A stretch of DNA of 64,000 bases from Bacteroidia bacterium (GCA_026003235.1 BPGW01000004.1:2711-66710); one strand, 5' to 3'; numbered from the stretch's first letter, positions 39,398-52,081 are shown. Numbers and translations are program-made. The notes: a model not told the origin generated them from the letters alone.

Positions 39398-41161
39398 CCA
39401 GAGCGTTTCTATCCCCACCACGATCCGCCGCCCCGGCATGGGATACCCCTGAATGACCTGGTAGGACACATTCGTTAGGTTTTCTGCGCGCAGCTCTATG
39501 CGGTAAGCCTTTCGGGTGTAGCGCAGGCTTAGGGTATGGAGCCCGTAGGGAGGAAGCGTTTCCAGCCCGGCGAGGCTATTGAGGCGCCAGCTTACATGCT
39601 GCACCCCGTAACTAAAGCTAAACGGCCCCCAGGTATACGCCAGCCCTCCCAGCCCAAGGTAGGGGGGGGTATAAGGCAAAAGCTGGCCTGCGGTGAGGGA
39701 ATAGTCCCGCGCTACGAGGTAAGTGCCAGCCACCCACAGCTGAAAAGAACCTGGTTGCCAGGTGAGGCGCCCTTCCAGGCCGTGGCTCTCCACATAGCCT
39801 AAGCTATAGGCCTGCCACCGAACCGGCGAAAGCGGCACGGTTAGGATGCGATCTTTCGTTTGAACCCAAAAAGCAGCCCCGTAAACCGTAAAATACCTAA
39901 AGATTTTCTCAAGAAAAACTTGAAGCTGAAAAGTTTTTTCCGGTTGAAGGGTGGGGTTGCCGTAGCCTACCCAATATCGTTCCCACAGGCTGGGGAATCG
40001 GATGCCTCGCATAGCTTCAAGGCCCCAGGGCCCCCATCGCAGGAGGGCTTTTACGCTGGGCAGAAGGGGGTAGCGGGATAGCCACGAGAGTCGGCCTTCT
40101 GTTCGCACCGCCCAGGGGCCCCAGCTCCGCATGAAGCTGCCCCACAGCGCCGCTTCCCCTTGGTCCAGCGAGGAAAGAGGACGAAAGCCCACCGCAAGGC
40201 GGTTGCTTTCAACTCTGTCGTAGGCCGCATAAAAGCCGGCTTCTATGTGGCTTTTTTTGACCTGGAAGGACCTGCGAACCTGCCCTTGCCAAGATAAAAG
40301 CCGAGAAAAAGCTGGCTCTCTGAAACGATCCCCATGCTTCAGGTATTGAAGCTGGCCTTGCAGGTCACCTTGCCAGGGGCCTTTTTCATAAGTCAAGCTC
40401 TGGATGAGGTGGGACTGGTATAGCTCTTCTGGCGGCGAGGTGGGCGCGCCGATCACGACAGGACCTGGGATAGCTTGGCCGCTGTGGTAGCCCCAGGTGG
40501 TTAGGGTCCAGGGACGCCCGCTCCAGACGAGAGCCCCTTGCACCTGCCGGTATTGCGCATGCTCCCGAAGTCCTGCCACCGGCTCCTGAAAGGGATAGCG
40601 GTTTTCGGCAGAGAGGGCCGCTCCCTGCACAAGCCAGCGGGGCCGTTCCCACACCGTATGGGCGCCCACTTCTCCGAAAGAGCCGACCCACCAGCCTGTG
40701 CGAGCCGAGGAGGCCTCCGGACGCAGCCGAAACTCTACCAGGCCTATCGCTCCCGAGGAAGCCTCCAGGTGGGCCGTAGGCGAAAAGCGTACCTCCTTTA
40801 GCCCCGCCAAGTAAAAAGGCGAAAGGTCTACCAGGCCCAGTTGCGGCTGGCGGAGGGGTAGTCCCTGAAAGCGCACCGCTGTAAGGGGAGCCCCCATACC
40901 CCGCAGAGAAACTGTCTTGAGGCTGCCATGCCCTCCGTAGTCGCGCAGGTAGAGCCCCTCCACCTGCGCCAGAAGCTGCGCTACCTGCCCTCCTGTGAGA
41001 GGCCATCCTGTCTTGTCGGCTTCCCAGCGCTTTGTACGAAGGGTAAGCTGCTCCTGAATCAGCACTTCGGGCAAGGGGGTGAGCTTTTCCCGGATGGAGT
41101 CGGGGGCTTGGGCCAGAAGCAGGTCAGCCAGCCAGGTAAGGAGCCAGCACCAGCGCCACAA
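39380..41161 (-). CDS. TonB-dependent receptor (BtuB-like)
   Basis: Plug [34 protein letters not shown]...GYPMPGR. Confidence 0.8.
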   Translation of the reverse strand: MWRWCWLLTWLADLLLAQAPDSIREKLTPLPEVLIQEQLTLRTKRWEADKTGWPLTGGQVAQLLAQVEGLYLRDYGGHGSLKTVSLRGMGAPLTAVRFQGLPLRQPQLGLVDLSPFYLAGLKEVRFSPTAHLEASSGAIGLVEFRLRPEASSARTGWWVGSFGEVGAHTVWERPRWLVQGAALSAENRYPFQEPVAGLREHAQYRQVQGALVWSGRPWTLTTWGYHSGQAIPGPVVIGAPTSPPEELYQSHLIQSLTYEKGPWQGDLQGQLQYLKHGDRFREPAFSRLLSWQGQVRRSFQVKKSHIEAGFYAAYDRVESNRLAVGFRPLSSLDQGEAALWGSFMRSWGPWAVRTEGRLSWLSRYPLLPSVKALLRWGPWGLEAMRGIRFPSLWERYWVGYGNPTLQPEKTFQLQVFLEKIFRYFTVYGAAFWVQTKDRILTVPLSPVRWQAYSLGYVESHGLEGRLTWQPGSFQLWVAGTYLVARDYSLTAGQLLPYTPPYLGLGGLAYTWGPFSFSYGVQHVSWRLNSLAGLETLPPYGLHTLSLRYTRKAYRIELRAENLTNVSYQVIQGYPMPGRRIVVGIETLWSGRLP

Positions 41162-43232
41162 TGCCCGTAAGCTTGACGAGGATGTTCATGGAAGGGCCTG
41201 AGGTGTCCTTGAGCGGGTCGCCTACGGTGTCGCCGGTCACGGCAGCCTTGTGGGGTTCTGACTTTTTGTAGTAGGTTTGGCCGTCCAGGGTTACGCCTTT
41301 TTCAAAGGACTTTTTGGCGTTATCCCAGGCGCCGCCGGCGTTGCTTTGGAAGAGGCCCAGGAGCACCCCTGTCACGGTTACGCCGGCCATGTAGCCGCCC
41401 AGCACCTCTGCGCCGAAGGTCAGCCCCACCACGGCGGGTATCAACAGTGCCAGCGCTCCAGGTAAAATCATTTCCCGCAAAGCAGCCTGCGTGGAGATGG
41501 CCACGCAGCGCTCGTACTGCGGCTCGGCTTGGCCTTCCATCAGGCCGGGGATTTCACGGAACTGGCGCCGTACCTCTTTCACCATGTCCATCGCTGCGCG
41601 ACCCACGGCTGAAATGGCCAGCGAAGAGAAGAGAAAAGGCACCATGGCCCCTACCAAGAGGCCCACCAGCACAGGCGCTTTGTAGATGTCAATGCCTGAG
41701 ATGCCTGCTACGCCCACATACGCGGCAAAGAGGGCCAGCGCCGTGAGCGCCGCCGAAGCGATGGCAAAGCCTTTGCCCATAGCGGCGGTGGTGTTGCCTA
41801 CCGCATCCAGGATGTCGGTTCGGCCGCGCACCTCTTCGGGTAAGCCGCTCATTTCAGCGATACCACCTGCATTGTCCGCAATCGGTCCGAAAGCGTCTAT
41901 GGTGAGCTGCATGGCGGTCGTGCTCATCATGCCGGTGGCGGCGATGGCTACGCCATACAGGCCTGCCAGGGCATAAGCCCCCAGAATCCCTGCACCCATG
42001 ATCACGGCGGGTAGAGCGGTGGATTCCATGCCTACCGCCAGGCCTCCTAAGATGTTGGTGGCGTGACCTGTGAGGGACTTCTGGACGATGCTGTTTACAG
42101 GCCGCTTGCCCATACCGGTGTAATACTCCGTGACCCAGCTCATGAGGGCCCCCACCAGCAGACCGATAGCGATCGCACCAAATACAGGCAGAGGTTCTAC
42201 TCGGCTGCCCCGCAGCTCCGCTCCCTGCGGCAGGAAAAGCGTCACCAGAAAGTAAGAAGCGGCTACTGTGAGCAGGATAGCGCTCCAGTTGCCCAGGTTG
42301 AGGGCGCGCTGGACGTCGGCCGGGCCGCCTTCTTCTCGAACCCGCACCAGGAAAGTGGAAAGGATAGAGAAGAGCAGCCCGGTGGCCGCTACCGCCAGAG
42401 GTAGGAGCACCGGACCGAGGCCTTTCGCACTGGAGACCATTTCGCCACCCAGGACCATCGTCGCCAAAATGGTCGCCACATACGATCCAAAGAGGTCGGC
42501 ACCCATGCCAGCGATGTCGCCTACATTATCGCCTACGTTGTCGGCGATGACGGCGGGGTTGCGGGGGTCGTCTTCGGGAATGCCGGCTTCAATTTTGCCC
42601 ACTAAGTCTGCGCCTACATCGGCGGCTTTGGTGTAGATGCCGCCGCCTACCCTCGCAAAGAGCGCTATGCTTTCGGCGCCCAGCGAAAAGCCCGTGATCA
42701 CTTCAATCACGCGCCGCACTTCGGGGCTGAAGGGATCGCCTTGCGCAAAAAGCAGGTAAAAGAGGACGAAAAGCCCCCCCAGGCCCAGTACGGCCAGCGA
42801 AGCCACGCCAATGCCCATGACCGAACCCCCATGGAAGGCGATAGCGAAAGCTCGGGCTAAGGAAGAGCGGGCGGCTTGGGTGGTGCGTACGTTGGCGCGG
42901 GTGGCGATCCGCATGCCGATGTACCCTGCCAGCGCCGAAGTGAAAGCCCCCACCAGGAAAGCTACCCCAATCAGCGGGTGGGACTGCGACTCGCCGTGGG
43001 GGGTGGTGAGCGTGCCGCTGTAAGCCAATATACCCGCTACAATCAGCGCAAAAACAGCCAGGACGCGCCACTCTGCTTTGAGGAAGGCCAGCGCACCGCG
43101 GGCGATGTAGCTGGCAATCGTTTGCATGCGGGGCTCGCCGGCGGGCTGAGTGAGCACCCACCGGCTGCGCCAAAGGAGAAACAAAAGGCCTATCCCACTT
43201 AGCGCTAAGGGGAGCATCAGTGTGCTATCCAT
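41124..43232 (-). CDS. hppA: Membrane ion-pumping pyrophosphatase, K+-dependent type
   Basis: [50 protein letters not shown]. Confidence 0.97.
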   Translation of the reverse strand: MDSTLMLPLALSGIGLLFLLWRSRWVLTQPAGEPRMQTIASYIARGALAFLKAEWRVLAVFALIVAGILAYSGTLTTPHGESQSHPLIGVAFLVGAFTSALAGYIGMRIATRANVRTTQAARSSLARAFAIAFHGGSVMGIGVASLAVLGLGGLFVLFYLLFAQGDPFSPEVRRVIEVITGFSLGAESIALFARVGGGIYTKAADVGADLVGKIEAGIPEDDPRNPAVIADNVGDNVGDIAGMGADLFGSYVATILATMVLGGEMVSSAKGLGPVLLPLAVAATGLLFSILSTFLVRVREEGGPADVQRALNLGNWSAILLTVAASYFLVTLFLPQGAELRGSRVEPLPVFGAIAIGLLVGALMSWVTEYYTGMGKRPVNSIVQKSLTGHATNILGGLAVGMESTALPAVIMGAGILGAYALAGLYGVAIAATGMMSTTAMQLTIDAFGPIADNAGGIAEMSGLPEEVRGRTDILDAVGNTTAAMGKGFAIASAALTALALFAAYVGVAGISGIDIYKAPVLVGLLVGAMVPFLFSSLAISAVGRAAMDMVKEVRRQFREIPGLMEGQAEPQYERCVAISTQAALREMILPGALALLIPAVVGLTFGAEVLGGYMAGVTVTGVLLGLFQSNAGGAWDNAKKSFEKGVTLDGQTYYKKSEPHKAAVTGDTVGDPLKDTSGPSMNILVKLTGIVALVLAPYLAG

Positions 43233-43256
43233 ACCGGCCGCAAAAGTACGGTTTCG

Positions 43257-44745
43257 CTATGGCTGCTGGGTCGGGGTCTGGAGGCGACTTTGCCGCCGGC
43301 TGTAGAGAAAATACACCAGAATCCCCACCACAGCCCAGATCAGGAAGGCTCGCAGGTTTTCCTTCCGCGCCTGGGTAATCAGATAGATGTTGAAGGCGGC
43401 CCCGCCCAGCGAGACCAGCGGCCACAGCGGGGCTTTGAAGGGGCGCTCCAGGTCAGGTCGTTTGAGGCGCAGGATGAAAACCGACACGCTCACCAGCGTA
43501 AAAGCCAGGAGCGTCCCTAAGCTCGTCAGTTCTGACACGTTGCTAATAGGCACGAAAGCCGCCGTGAGGGATATGATGGCGCCGACCAGCAGGGTGCTTC
43601 GGAAAGGCGTGCGAAAGCGGGGGTGGATGTAGCCGAAAATTTTCTCGGGCAGTAGCCCATCTCGCGCCATAGCCAGGAAGATCCGGGTCTGCCCCAGGAG
43701 CATGACCATCATGACGGAAATCAGGCCGGCCACGGCGGCGAAGGTTACGAGGTAGGTAGCCCAACCTACGCCTGCCTCAGCGAAGGCCGAAGCCACCGGC
43801 GCCCGCTCATCCAGCGTATCGTAGCGGGCCATCCCCGTCAGCACCAGCGACACGGCTATGTAAAGCACCGTCGTAATCAGCAGAGAAGCCACTATCGCAA
43901 AGGGCACATCTCGGGTCGGATGCACCGCTTCGCCGGCCTGCGTAGAGACCGCATCAAACCCAATGTACGCAAAAAACACAATCACCGCCGCTGTGAAAAT
44001 GCCGTCCCAGCCGTAGTGGGTGTTGCCGGAGGTATCGGTCACAGGGTCAGGAATGAACGGAGTCCAATTTTCCGGCTTGATGTAAAAGGCCCCTGCCAAG
44101 ATTACGAAGAGAACGGCGCTGACTTTGATGAAGACGATGAGGTTATTGGTGGAGGCGGTTTCTTTGATGCCCCTCAGGAGAATCCCCGTCACCACCCACG
44201 AGATGAGGAAGCCAGGCACATTGATGGCGAAGGTTGGGGGGGTCAGCTTGAGTTCTTGGGCTTTTTTAGCGGCGGTGATGGGGTCGTTCAGCAGCCAGAA
44301 GGGCGGTTCTATCCCAAAAAGATGTAGGAGCTTCTCAAAGTAGCCGCTCCAGGCCACGGCTACGGTGGTGGCTCCCATCATGTACTCCAGGATCAGGTTC
44401 CAGCCGATGAACCAGGCCACGAGTTCGCCGACGGTGGCGTAGGTGTAGGCGTAGGCGGAACCTTCTACGGGTACGATGCTGGCCAGTTCTGCGTAGGCCA
44501 GGGCTGCCAGGAGGCACGCTACCCCTGCAATGACGAAGGAGAGGGCCAGGGCCGGACCTGCGTAGTTTTTAGCCGCCACCCCCGGTCAAGGTGAAGATGC
44601 CCCCTCCGATGATGGCGCCAATTCCCAGCGATACGAGGGACCACCGGCCTAAGGCTCGCTTGAGCCCTGACTGCTGCGATTCTTTCTGGTAGGCTTCTAC
44701 GGCTTTGGTGCGAAACAGGGTTCGCCAGAAGTCAGGCTGGACCAT
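43257..44745 (-). CDS. APC-family amino acid permease; frameshift near 44580
   Basis: LKRALG..SLVSLGIGAIIGGGIF; YAELAS..PVEGSAY; FFAYIGFD. Confidence 0.9.
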
Positions 44746-44769
44746 GCGGCCAAAAATACGCTCTCCCCC

Positions 44770-47585
44770 TTATAGCCGGTAGCGCAGGGTGAGATAGGCT
44801 CGGTAGGCGGGCCTTTCCCAGATGGCGATGTTGTCTCGGCGGGGGTCAAACGGTCGGTGTTGAGGGCGCGTTGGGTGCGGCGGTAAGGTTGGTTTAGGAT
44901 ATCCCACCAGGCTACACGCACTTCCCAGTGCGACGAGAGGCGATAAGTCACCTGCAGCTCCCAGGAGAGCCGCTTTTCCTCCAAAATGTGAGGGTATACG
45001 GTGGGGTCAAACCCGAGGGCCCAGATTTGTGCCGAGGTGTAGTTGAGGAAGTTGGACAGTTCCCAGCGTGGGGTGTCAAAGAGGAGGCCGGCGTTGACGA
45101 CGATGGGGGCCTGGCCTTGGAGGCGGCCCTCCAAGCGACCCAGCTTTTTGAGGAAGCTCTGCTGAGCAGCGCTCTCGCTTAAGGCAGCGGTCGCATAAAG
45201 CCAAAGTCGGGTGCGTTCGGTCTGGTAAAGGGTTTTTCGGGCTTCCAGTTCAATACCACCGATTTCCCCCCAAGCCCGATTTCGCAGGGAGTAGGTAAAA
45301 GTAAGCTGAAAGCTGGCCGGAATCAGGTACTGCTCGGGTAGGTCGTAGAGACGCTTGTAGAAAAGGGTAATAGCGAGGAGGTTGTCTTTGTCTTGAAGGT
45401 ACTCGTAGCGCAGGTCGAGGTTATAGCTGCGTCCGGTGATGAGCGTGGTGTCGCCTTTCCAGTAATAGGCCCAGAGGTAGTCAAAGTAGGCGAGGGGCAC
45501 TTGAGCTGGAAGGGGTGGGCGAATCAAGGTGAAGTTAGCGGCCAGGCGTAGGCTTTGCCGTTCTGCGAGGGCGTATTTTAGCAGGCAGGCGGGCAGCCAG
45601 TGGCCCGTGCGGTAGGTGTGCAAGGGGCGCCTCTATGTCGGTAGCGAGGGGGGTATAGGAGAGGGCCCGGTGCCAGTACTCGTAACGAGCTCCTAAAAGG
45701 GCTTCCAGCCGGGGGGTAAGTCCCGCCCGAAACCACCCATACCCCGCAAGGATGGAAGTCACCCCGCGATGGCGATGATAGTCCGTGGTTCGGTCAATCA
45801 AATACCAGCCCCCAGGACCGATGTAAGAAGGGTCGTATACCTGCCGGACATTTTCCCACAAGTAGACGGCGGGATCCAGGACCGCGGGTCCACCACCGGC
45901 GGTATCGGTCATGAAGCCCAGCTGCCGGCCTGTAAACCGTTGCTCTTCTTGGGAAGCCCAAGCTCCTACCCGCAGTTGCAGCCATCGCTCGGAAAGGCCC
46001 CATTTCCATTCGGTATACGGGTGGATATAAACTTGCAAGGCCCTCGTGCGAGAGGTCCAAACTTGGGCGTAGATTTCCGATTCGCCGTAAAGCTCTTGCT
46101 CGTAGCGGAGGAGAGAGTCGCCGGGGTAGCGTACATAGTTCATAGCTCCTGCTTGGGGGATGGCGTGCCCTTGAAACACCGTTCCAAGCTGGACTCGGAC
46201 CAGACGGGCAGGAGAAGGTAGAAAAGTCCAGTTCAATCGCCCTATGGTGATGTAGCTGCGCTGCAACAGAAAATTGGGATACAGGCTGTAAACCATTTGG
46301 GTAGAGTCAATGTCAGGGTTGATGTACTCGGTCTCTTGTCTGCTTAGGCGCTGGGGCAGAAGAGGCCAGCCCGAAGGCTTCCAGGAGGAGGGTGTGTTGG
46401 GCGGAAGGGGTGTAGGCTAAGCTGAAAGCTCCGCCGGCGCTTCGGGAGAAATAGCGAATAGGATGAAGGTGCTGGCTGAGCAAGGTAGGGACGAAACGCC
46501 ACGCTCCATCTATCTCCTCAAAGCTGCCATCGCTAAATTTCATTTGAGAGGCGAGCTGTCGTCGGGAGAAGGCGCTTCGGAGGGAAAGCGCCCACCGGCT
46601 CGTTTTTCGTTCGTAAAGCAGCGTGAGGAGCCCTCCTGGTAAGGCGTAGGGCAGCGTATCGGCTATGGTGTAGCGTCGGACCTGCCTGCCGTAGGTGAAG
46701 TTTTCGGGGAGGGGGCGGCCGGCGTTTTCCGAGGCCTGCACCGCGGCAGGAGCCGGAAAGTCTCGGGGGAGGGGTTCCTGCACGGGCCCGCGCAGGAGCG
46801 GAAAAGGGACGCGCCGTGGCGCTGAGGTCTATTTCACTGGTGTAGGCCACCTGAAGGCCTTCTTGGCGCCCTGGCTGGGGGAGTTGAAAGTCCACCATTC
46901 CCCCACCAAAATGCCCTAAGAGATCGGGCGTCCACGACTTGCGCACTTCTACCCGTCCAAGAAGCGTGGTAATGAGCTCCTCTACTTCTCCAAAGGAGCC
47001 ATCGTATCGGGTCCACGCCGGATAGGCTGCCCAAAAAGCAAAGCTGTTATACCTTTCACTAAGTCCGCGTATAGAGATGAAACGCCCACTGAGTAGCGAA
47101 ACGCCGGGCATACGGCGCAAAGCATTAGGCACGTAAAAGTCTGTGCTTCGTTTGAGAATGGCTTCTTGGGCGTAGAGTTCGCCGATTTCGAGGCTGCGCA
47201 AACGCTCAAGGAATAGGCCGGCTTCGCTTTCCCGGCTGACTTCAGACACTATTCGGACGGTATCCAGCTGAGATTCCAAGGGGGTCGCCCGCAAAAGAAG
47301 GGAAGCTACAGGAGCCGTGAGAGGCACCTTGACGGTGCGGTAGCCTAAGAGAAAAGCCCTAAGGGTGTCCGGCCCATGAAAAGGTAGCTGGAAAAAGCCC
47401 TGCTGATCGGAGAAAGTGCCGCTTTGGCCTAAGCTGACCTGCACGCCAGGCAGGCCCTCTCCAGTTCGGGCGTCGATCACCCGTCCGCTCACGCGGGGCT
47501 GCTCTGCCCGCACAGGGAAGGTTCTTCTTTCCTCTTGGGCCCACAACGCTACGCAGCACCCGAGCCCAATCCAAAACTTCCGCAT
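44770..47585 (-). CDS. TonB-dependent receptor with N-terminal CarboxypepD-like domain; multiple frameshifts
   Basis: Signal ...LWAQ; GRVIDARTGE.LPGV; plug ALRRMPGVS...IRGLSERYN; barrel N.DLRYEY, GIELEARK, LQGQAP across 4 ORFs. Confidence 0.8.
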
Positions 47586-47640
47586 AGAAGGCAAAGATAG
47601 CCAATAGGGAAAGACCCGTATTTTCTATCTTTGCCTTGTT

Positions 47641-50600
47641 ATGCGGTACCTACCTCTGCTGGGTCTGCTGCCCCTGTGGGGGCAGCCGCGGTGGATTCGC
47701 TGCGGGACGATGCAGCACGACAGCTTGATGCGGGCCTTGTATCCAGATTGGCCGCGCTTAGAAGAGTACGAGCCCCTTATCCGGGAGAAGGTGCGTCAGC
47801 TCAAAGCGCAAGCGCAGCAGGCGCGTACTATTGGGGGGGTATACCGCATCCCTGTGGTCGTGCATGTGATTCACAACGGGGAAGCGGTGGGCACAGGCCG
47901 AAATATCCCCACCCAAAATATCCTCGACCAGATTGCGGTGCTCAATGAGGACTTTCGGCGGATGGCGGGCACCCCAGGCTGGAGCAATGACCCTCGCAGC
48001 GCAGACACGCAAATCGAGTTTGTCTTAGCCAAGCGTGACCCCAGCGGCAACCCCACCACCGGCATCGTCCGCTGGAATCGCAACACCTATGGCTGGGCTG
48101 CCCCTCCCTATACCTCAGCGTATATGGACGGTACCATCAAGCCCGCCACGATATGGGATCCCAACCAGTACCTCAATATCTGGGTAGCGGACTTGAGTGG
48201 GGGACTTTTGGGGTATGCGCAGTTTCCGGACGCGTCGGGGCTGCTTGGCATGCCGGGCGATGCGGGCATGGGAGCCCCTAACTGCTCGCAGGCTGCGAAC
48301 ACCGATGGAGTGGTAATTCTGTATAGTGCTTTTGGTTCGGCCCTCAAAAGCTCTACGGGGCTTACGGCGCCCTACCACTTGGGGCGCACCACGACACACG
48401 AGGTGGGGCATTGGTTAGGCCTGCGCCACGTATGGGGGGATCAGCAGCCCGCCTGCGGCGACGATTTCTGTGACGACACGCCGATGGGCGACGGCCCGAT
48501 TTACGGCTGTGCGGCCGGTTCTCCTTCCTGCGGAGCTACGGCGAGCCTGTCGCGTATGGTGGAAAACTACATGGAATACTCCGATGACGCTTGCATGAAC
48601 TTCTTTACGCAAGACCAGGCGCTGCGGATGCGAGTAGTGCTGGAATACTGCCCTCGGCGGCGTAGCCTCCTCACCTCTCCAGCTTTGGTGCCGCCTGCTA
48701 CGACCGACGCTTCCCTGATCGACTTGCCGCTGCCTCGGGACCTCTGCCCAGGCACCTACAACATCACGACGGTCCTACGCAATAGCGGCACGACTACCCT
48801 CACGTCTATTCCCGTCGCCTACCGCTTGAATAATGGCCCTTGGCAAACCCAGACGTGGACGGGCACGCTGGCCGGCGGCGCCACCACCAACTTCACCTTG
48901 ACCGGGGTGGATCTCACGACCCCCGGCGAGTACTGGCTCACAGCCTGTACGAACCTGGCCGGCGATCCCGACCAGACCGAAGACACCACCATCACCCGAT
49001 TCGTAGTCCATAATGGCTTTTACCCGCTCTATGAGACCTTTGAGGCTGGCTGGGAAGGCCGTCCCATCCCCTCGAACCTCTGGCGAGTAGTGGACCCCAA
49101 TAACGATTGTTTTACCTGGCGGCCAGGCCATTGTGTGGGCAGCGATGGGCAGCGCACGACCGCACTCTTTGTCAACTGCTGGGCTTATGACCAGACAGGT
49201 CGGCGCGATGAGTTGTACACGCCCCTTTTAGATCTCACGGGCGCCCCGGCGACTGTGCAGCTTCAGTTCGATGTGGCCTACCGGCGCTATGATAACTCCT
49301 CTACCGACGAGCTGCGGGTGGAAATCTCTACCGACTGTGGGGCCACTTGGAGTGCGACCCCTATTTACCAAAAAAGTGGAGGCACCCTCGCTACAGCTGC
49401 CAATACGACGGCGCGGTTTGTCCCCTCCACTGCCGGAGAGTGGCGTACTGAAACGGTGAGCCTCACTTCCTATGTGGGGCAGCGCATTCGGCTCCGCTTC
49501 GTCACTGTCAATCAGTTCGGCAACTGCATCTGGATAGATAACGTGCGCATTTCGCACCAGCCGCTGGTCTTCTGGGCCGACACCGGCCAAGCGTGTGCGC
49601 GAAGAGCTGACTTGGCCTGCGCCTGGCGGGGGATTGCCGGCGCTATCGGGACTTTCTCCTCTGCCTGTGCGCATCTCCGCTGCGCCCGTCGAGCACCTGT
49701 GACCGTGGCGGTCTCCCCAGACCCCGCCAGCACCGCCCGAAGCGGAATAGACTTTTCCTTGCTCACGCCTACCCTCGCCTTCCCGGCCGGCAGTACCGCC
49801 CCCCAAAATGTCACCGTGCGCGTGTATGAAGACCAAGCCATTGAGCCGGATCGCGTGGCTTACCTGAATCTCACGGTTACCAGCGGTCCCGCTACCCTCG
49901 CCGACAACCGCAGCCAGTATGCCCTCTGGATTCGCGACAATGACTTTTTCCCGCCGGAGGTGATCTTGTACCAGCAGGACTTTGAGGCGGGGGTGGGGGG
50001 GTTCACCCAGGTCACCGTCATGGCTGGGGCTAACCAGTGGGTCCGAGGCACCGCAGCCCCCCTTACCGGCTACTCGCTGTACATCACCAACAATTCCAGC
50101 GGTACCCCGCCGCCTTTTGCCTACAGCCTTTCCTCTACCAGTCGGGTGGCCGCGGTGTCCCCGGCAATCAGCACGGCAGGGGCCACAGACTTGGTGCTGG
50201 CCTTTGATGTGGTGGTGGGAGGGGACTATAGCTCGCCCACACTTGAGGATTTTGGTCGCCTCTTTTACTCCACAACGTCGGCCACTTCAGACTTTCAGCC
50301 GGTGATTGGGTGCGGATGGGCGAATAACACCTGCGTGCTTGCCAGCATGCTGCGCAGTCAGAGCCTTTACGGCTATCCTGGCCAGGTGCGGCGCCTGTAT
50401 GTGCCCCTTCCTTCTGCTACTTGGAACCAGCCCAACCTTTGGCTGGCTTGGCGCTGGGATAACAACGACGACGGCAACGGCACCTCACCCCCCATAGCCA
50501 TAGACAACATCGTGCTGTATGGGCGTAAGACGCCGGCTATTGAAACGGCTTTAGCCACCACGACGGTGTACTTTGGGCCGGGGGACTCCCTCTACGCTTA

Positions 50601-51327
50601 CAGCAGCGCAGATGGGGACCTCATGGTGTGCCTCGTCAATACGGGCAGTGGCGACTACGGCTGCACCCAAGTGCAGGTGGACCGTACCGGAACGACCGCG
50701 CAAGCCCTGCGACCTGGCCACACACCCCCCCAGTATGTAACCGACAAGACCTTCCTCATCACTCCCACCAACGCTGTGAATAGTCCCTACAACATCACCC
50801 TCTACTACACGAGTGCCGAGGTTAGTGGCTATCAAACCACCACCGGCCAGAGCTGGAGTACGGCTCCTTATGTAGTCAAGACGACCGGCAGCATCGCAAG
50901 TGAGTACACCTCGCCGATGCCTACCTATCAGATGAGCACTGTGCGGGCCGTGGGAGCGTATGGAATGGCAGGGCAATGGATTTGGGGGCAGTTTTCGGGC
51001 TTTTCGGGTTTTGCAGCGGGCGCGCCGCCACCCTTAGCCCTCCCTCCCCAGGTGAGCGAAGAGACCACCGGGACGCCAGAGCGCAAGCGGTCTTTCTTTG
51101 GGGTTTCGCCTTTTGGGGATGAACTGCAGGTAGGGGCTGGAGAGGCTTTCCACGCCCTACGCTTGCGAACCCTCACGGGCCTCTTGGTGTGGGAAGCGGA
51201 GGGGCCTTTTCCTTCGGGCATGCATCGGTTTCGTGCCCCGGCCCTCCCTGCAGGCCTGTACATCCTTGAGTGGATAGGACCGCAGGGCCAAATCCTCGCT
51301 TGGCAAAAAGTGCTGTGCCTGCCGTAG
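47641..51327 (+). CDS. M43 (pappalysin/cytophagalysin-like) zinc metalloprotease, multi-domain T9SS cargo
   Basis: RCGT cysteine-switch-like motif; IPVVVHVI; HEVGHWLGLRH; ENYMEYS Met-turn; C-terminal LPAGLYIL CTD; apparent compensating frameshift ~49590-49695. Confidence 0.9.
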   Translation: MRYLPLLGLLPLWGQPRWIRCGTMQHDSLMRALYPDWPRLEEYEPLIREKVRQLKAQAQQARTIGGVYRIPVVVHVIHNGEAVGTGRNIPTQNILDQIAVLNEDFRRMAGTPGWSNDPRSADTQIEFVLAKRDPSGNPTTGIVRWNRNTYGWAAPPYTSAYMDGTIKPATIWDPNQYLNIWVADLSGGLLGYAQFPDASGLLGMPGDAGMGAPNCSQAANTDGVVILYSAFGSALKSSTGLTAPYHLGRTTTHEVGHWLGLRHVWGDQQPACGDDFCDDTPMGDGPIYGCAAGSPSCGATASLSRMVENYMEYSDDACMNFFTQDQALRMRVVLEYCPRRRSLLTSPALVPPATTDASLIDLPLPRDLCPGTYNITTVLRNSGTTTLTSIPVAYRLNNGPWQTQTWTGTLAGGATTNFTLTGVDLTTPGEYWLTACTNLAGDPDQTEDTTITRFVVHNGFYPLYETFEAGWEGRPIPSNLWRVVDPNNDCFTWRPGHCVGSDGQRTTALFVNCWAYDQTGRRDELYTPLLDLTGAPATVQLQFDVAYRRYDNSSTDELRVEISTDCGATWSATPIYQKSGGTLATAANTTARFVPSTAGEWRTETVSLTSYVGQRIRLRFVTVNQFGNCIWIDNVRISHQPLVFWADTGQACARRADLACAWRGIAGAIGTFSSACAHLRCARRAPVTVAVSPDPASTARSGIDFSLLTPTLAFPAGSTAPQNVTVRVYEDQAIEPDRVAYLNLTVTSGPATLADNRSQYALWIRDNDFFPPEVILYQQDFEAGVGGFTQVTVMAGANQWVRGTAAPLTGYSLYITNNSSGTPPPFAYSLSSTSRVAAVSPAISTAGATDLVLAFDVVVGGDYSSPTLEDFGRLFYSTTSATSDFQPVIGCGWANNTCVLASMLRSQSLYGYPGQVRRLYVPLPSATWNQPNLWLAWRWDNNDDGNGTSPPIAIDNIVLYGRKTPAIETALATTTVYFGPGDSLYAYSSADGDLMVCLVNTGSGDYGCTQVQVDRTGTTAQALRPGHTPPQYVTDKTFLITPTNAVNSPYNITLYYTSAEVSGYQTTTGQSWSTAPYVVKTTGSIASEYTSPMPTYQMSTVRAVGAYGMAGQWIWGQFSGFSGFAAGAPPPLALPPQVSEETTGTPERKRSFFGVSPFGDELQVGAGEAFHALRLRTLTGLLVWEAEGPFPSGMHRFRAPALPAGLYILEWIGPQGQILAWQKVLCLP

Positions 51328-51339
51328 TCTGAGGCTTGT

Positions 51340-51377
51340 AGGCGCTGGGGGGAAGGGCGCCTTTCCCTCGAGCGCCT
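51340..51377. terminator. Hairpin between the convergent M43 and rhomboid genes
   Basis: aggcgct-ggggggaagg-gcg-cctttccctcg-agcgcct. Confidence 0.55.
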
Positions 51378-51380
51378 GCT

Positions 51381-52028
51381 TTAGAGGAGCCGCTCGCGCG
51401 TTTGACCTCCAACTATGCGGCTAAGCATCCACCCTACGGCGAAACCTCCCACATGAGCCCAGAAAGCGATGCCCGCCGCTGCCCCACCTATCCAGTTGAC
51501 AAATTGGTCGGCTATGCCTTGTAAGAGCTGTAGGACAAACCACAAGACCAAGAAAAACCGCGCAGAAAACACGGTGAGAAACCAAGGCGGAACCCACGTA
51601 AGAATCTCGGCCCTTGGGTAAAGCACCAAGTAAGCCCCCATCACGCCGGAGATAGCGCCGGAGGCCCCTACGATGGGCGTCTCAGAGAAGGGATACAGCG
51701 CTGCGTGGGTCAACACCGCTCCTATCCCCGAGCTCACATACAAGAGGGCATAGCCTACTTTCCCCAGCGCATCTTCTACATTGTCTCCGAAAACCCACAA
51801 GGTCCACATGTTGAAGAACAGATGGCCCCAGCCCCCATGCATAAACATGGAGGTGAGGGCTTTTTCCAGCGAGAACCCCTCAGCTGGGATATACCCCAGC
51901 TGGTAAATCGCTTCCTCAAAGAGGGCAGGGTCATGATAGTGCCAAAAGACGCCTACGTTCGCAGCGATGAGCAGCCAGGTGAGGATGGGGGTGCTGTGAG
52001 AGGGGTTTACATCGCGCAAAGGCAGCAT
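51381..52028 (-). CDS. Rhomboid intramembrane serine protease
   Basis: SMFMHGG..HL..NM; GASGAISG; AHVGGF. Confidence 0.93.
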   Translation of the reverse strand: MLPLRDVNPSHSTPILTWLLIAANVGVFWHYHDPALFEEAIYQLGYIPAEGFSLEKALTSMFMHGGWGHLFFNMWTLWVFGDNVEDALGKVGYALLYVSSGIGAVLTHAALYPFSETPIVGASGAISGVMGAYLVLYPRAEILTWVPPWFLTVFSARFFLVLWFVLQLLQGIADQFVNWIGGAAAGIAFWAHVGGFAVGWMLSRIVGGQTRERLL

Positions 52029-52081
52029 AGGGCTAAGGTAGCAAGATAGAGGGACTTAGCTGACTAAGTGTATCTTTGTAT

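Noticed and set aside
49590..49695. Odd Cys/Arg-rich insert in the M43 protease
   Set aside because: An alternative frame reads plausibly (VREELTWPAPGGDCRRYRDF...PVRISAAP), indicating compensating indels.
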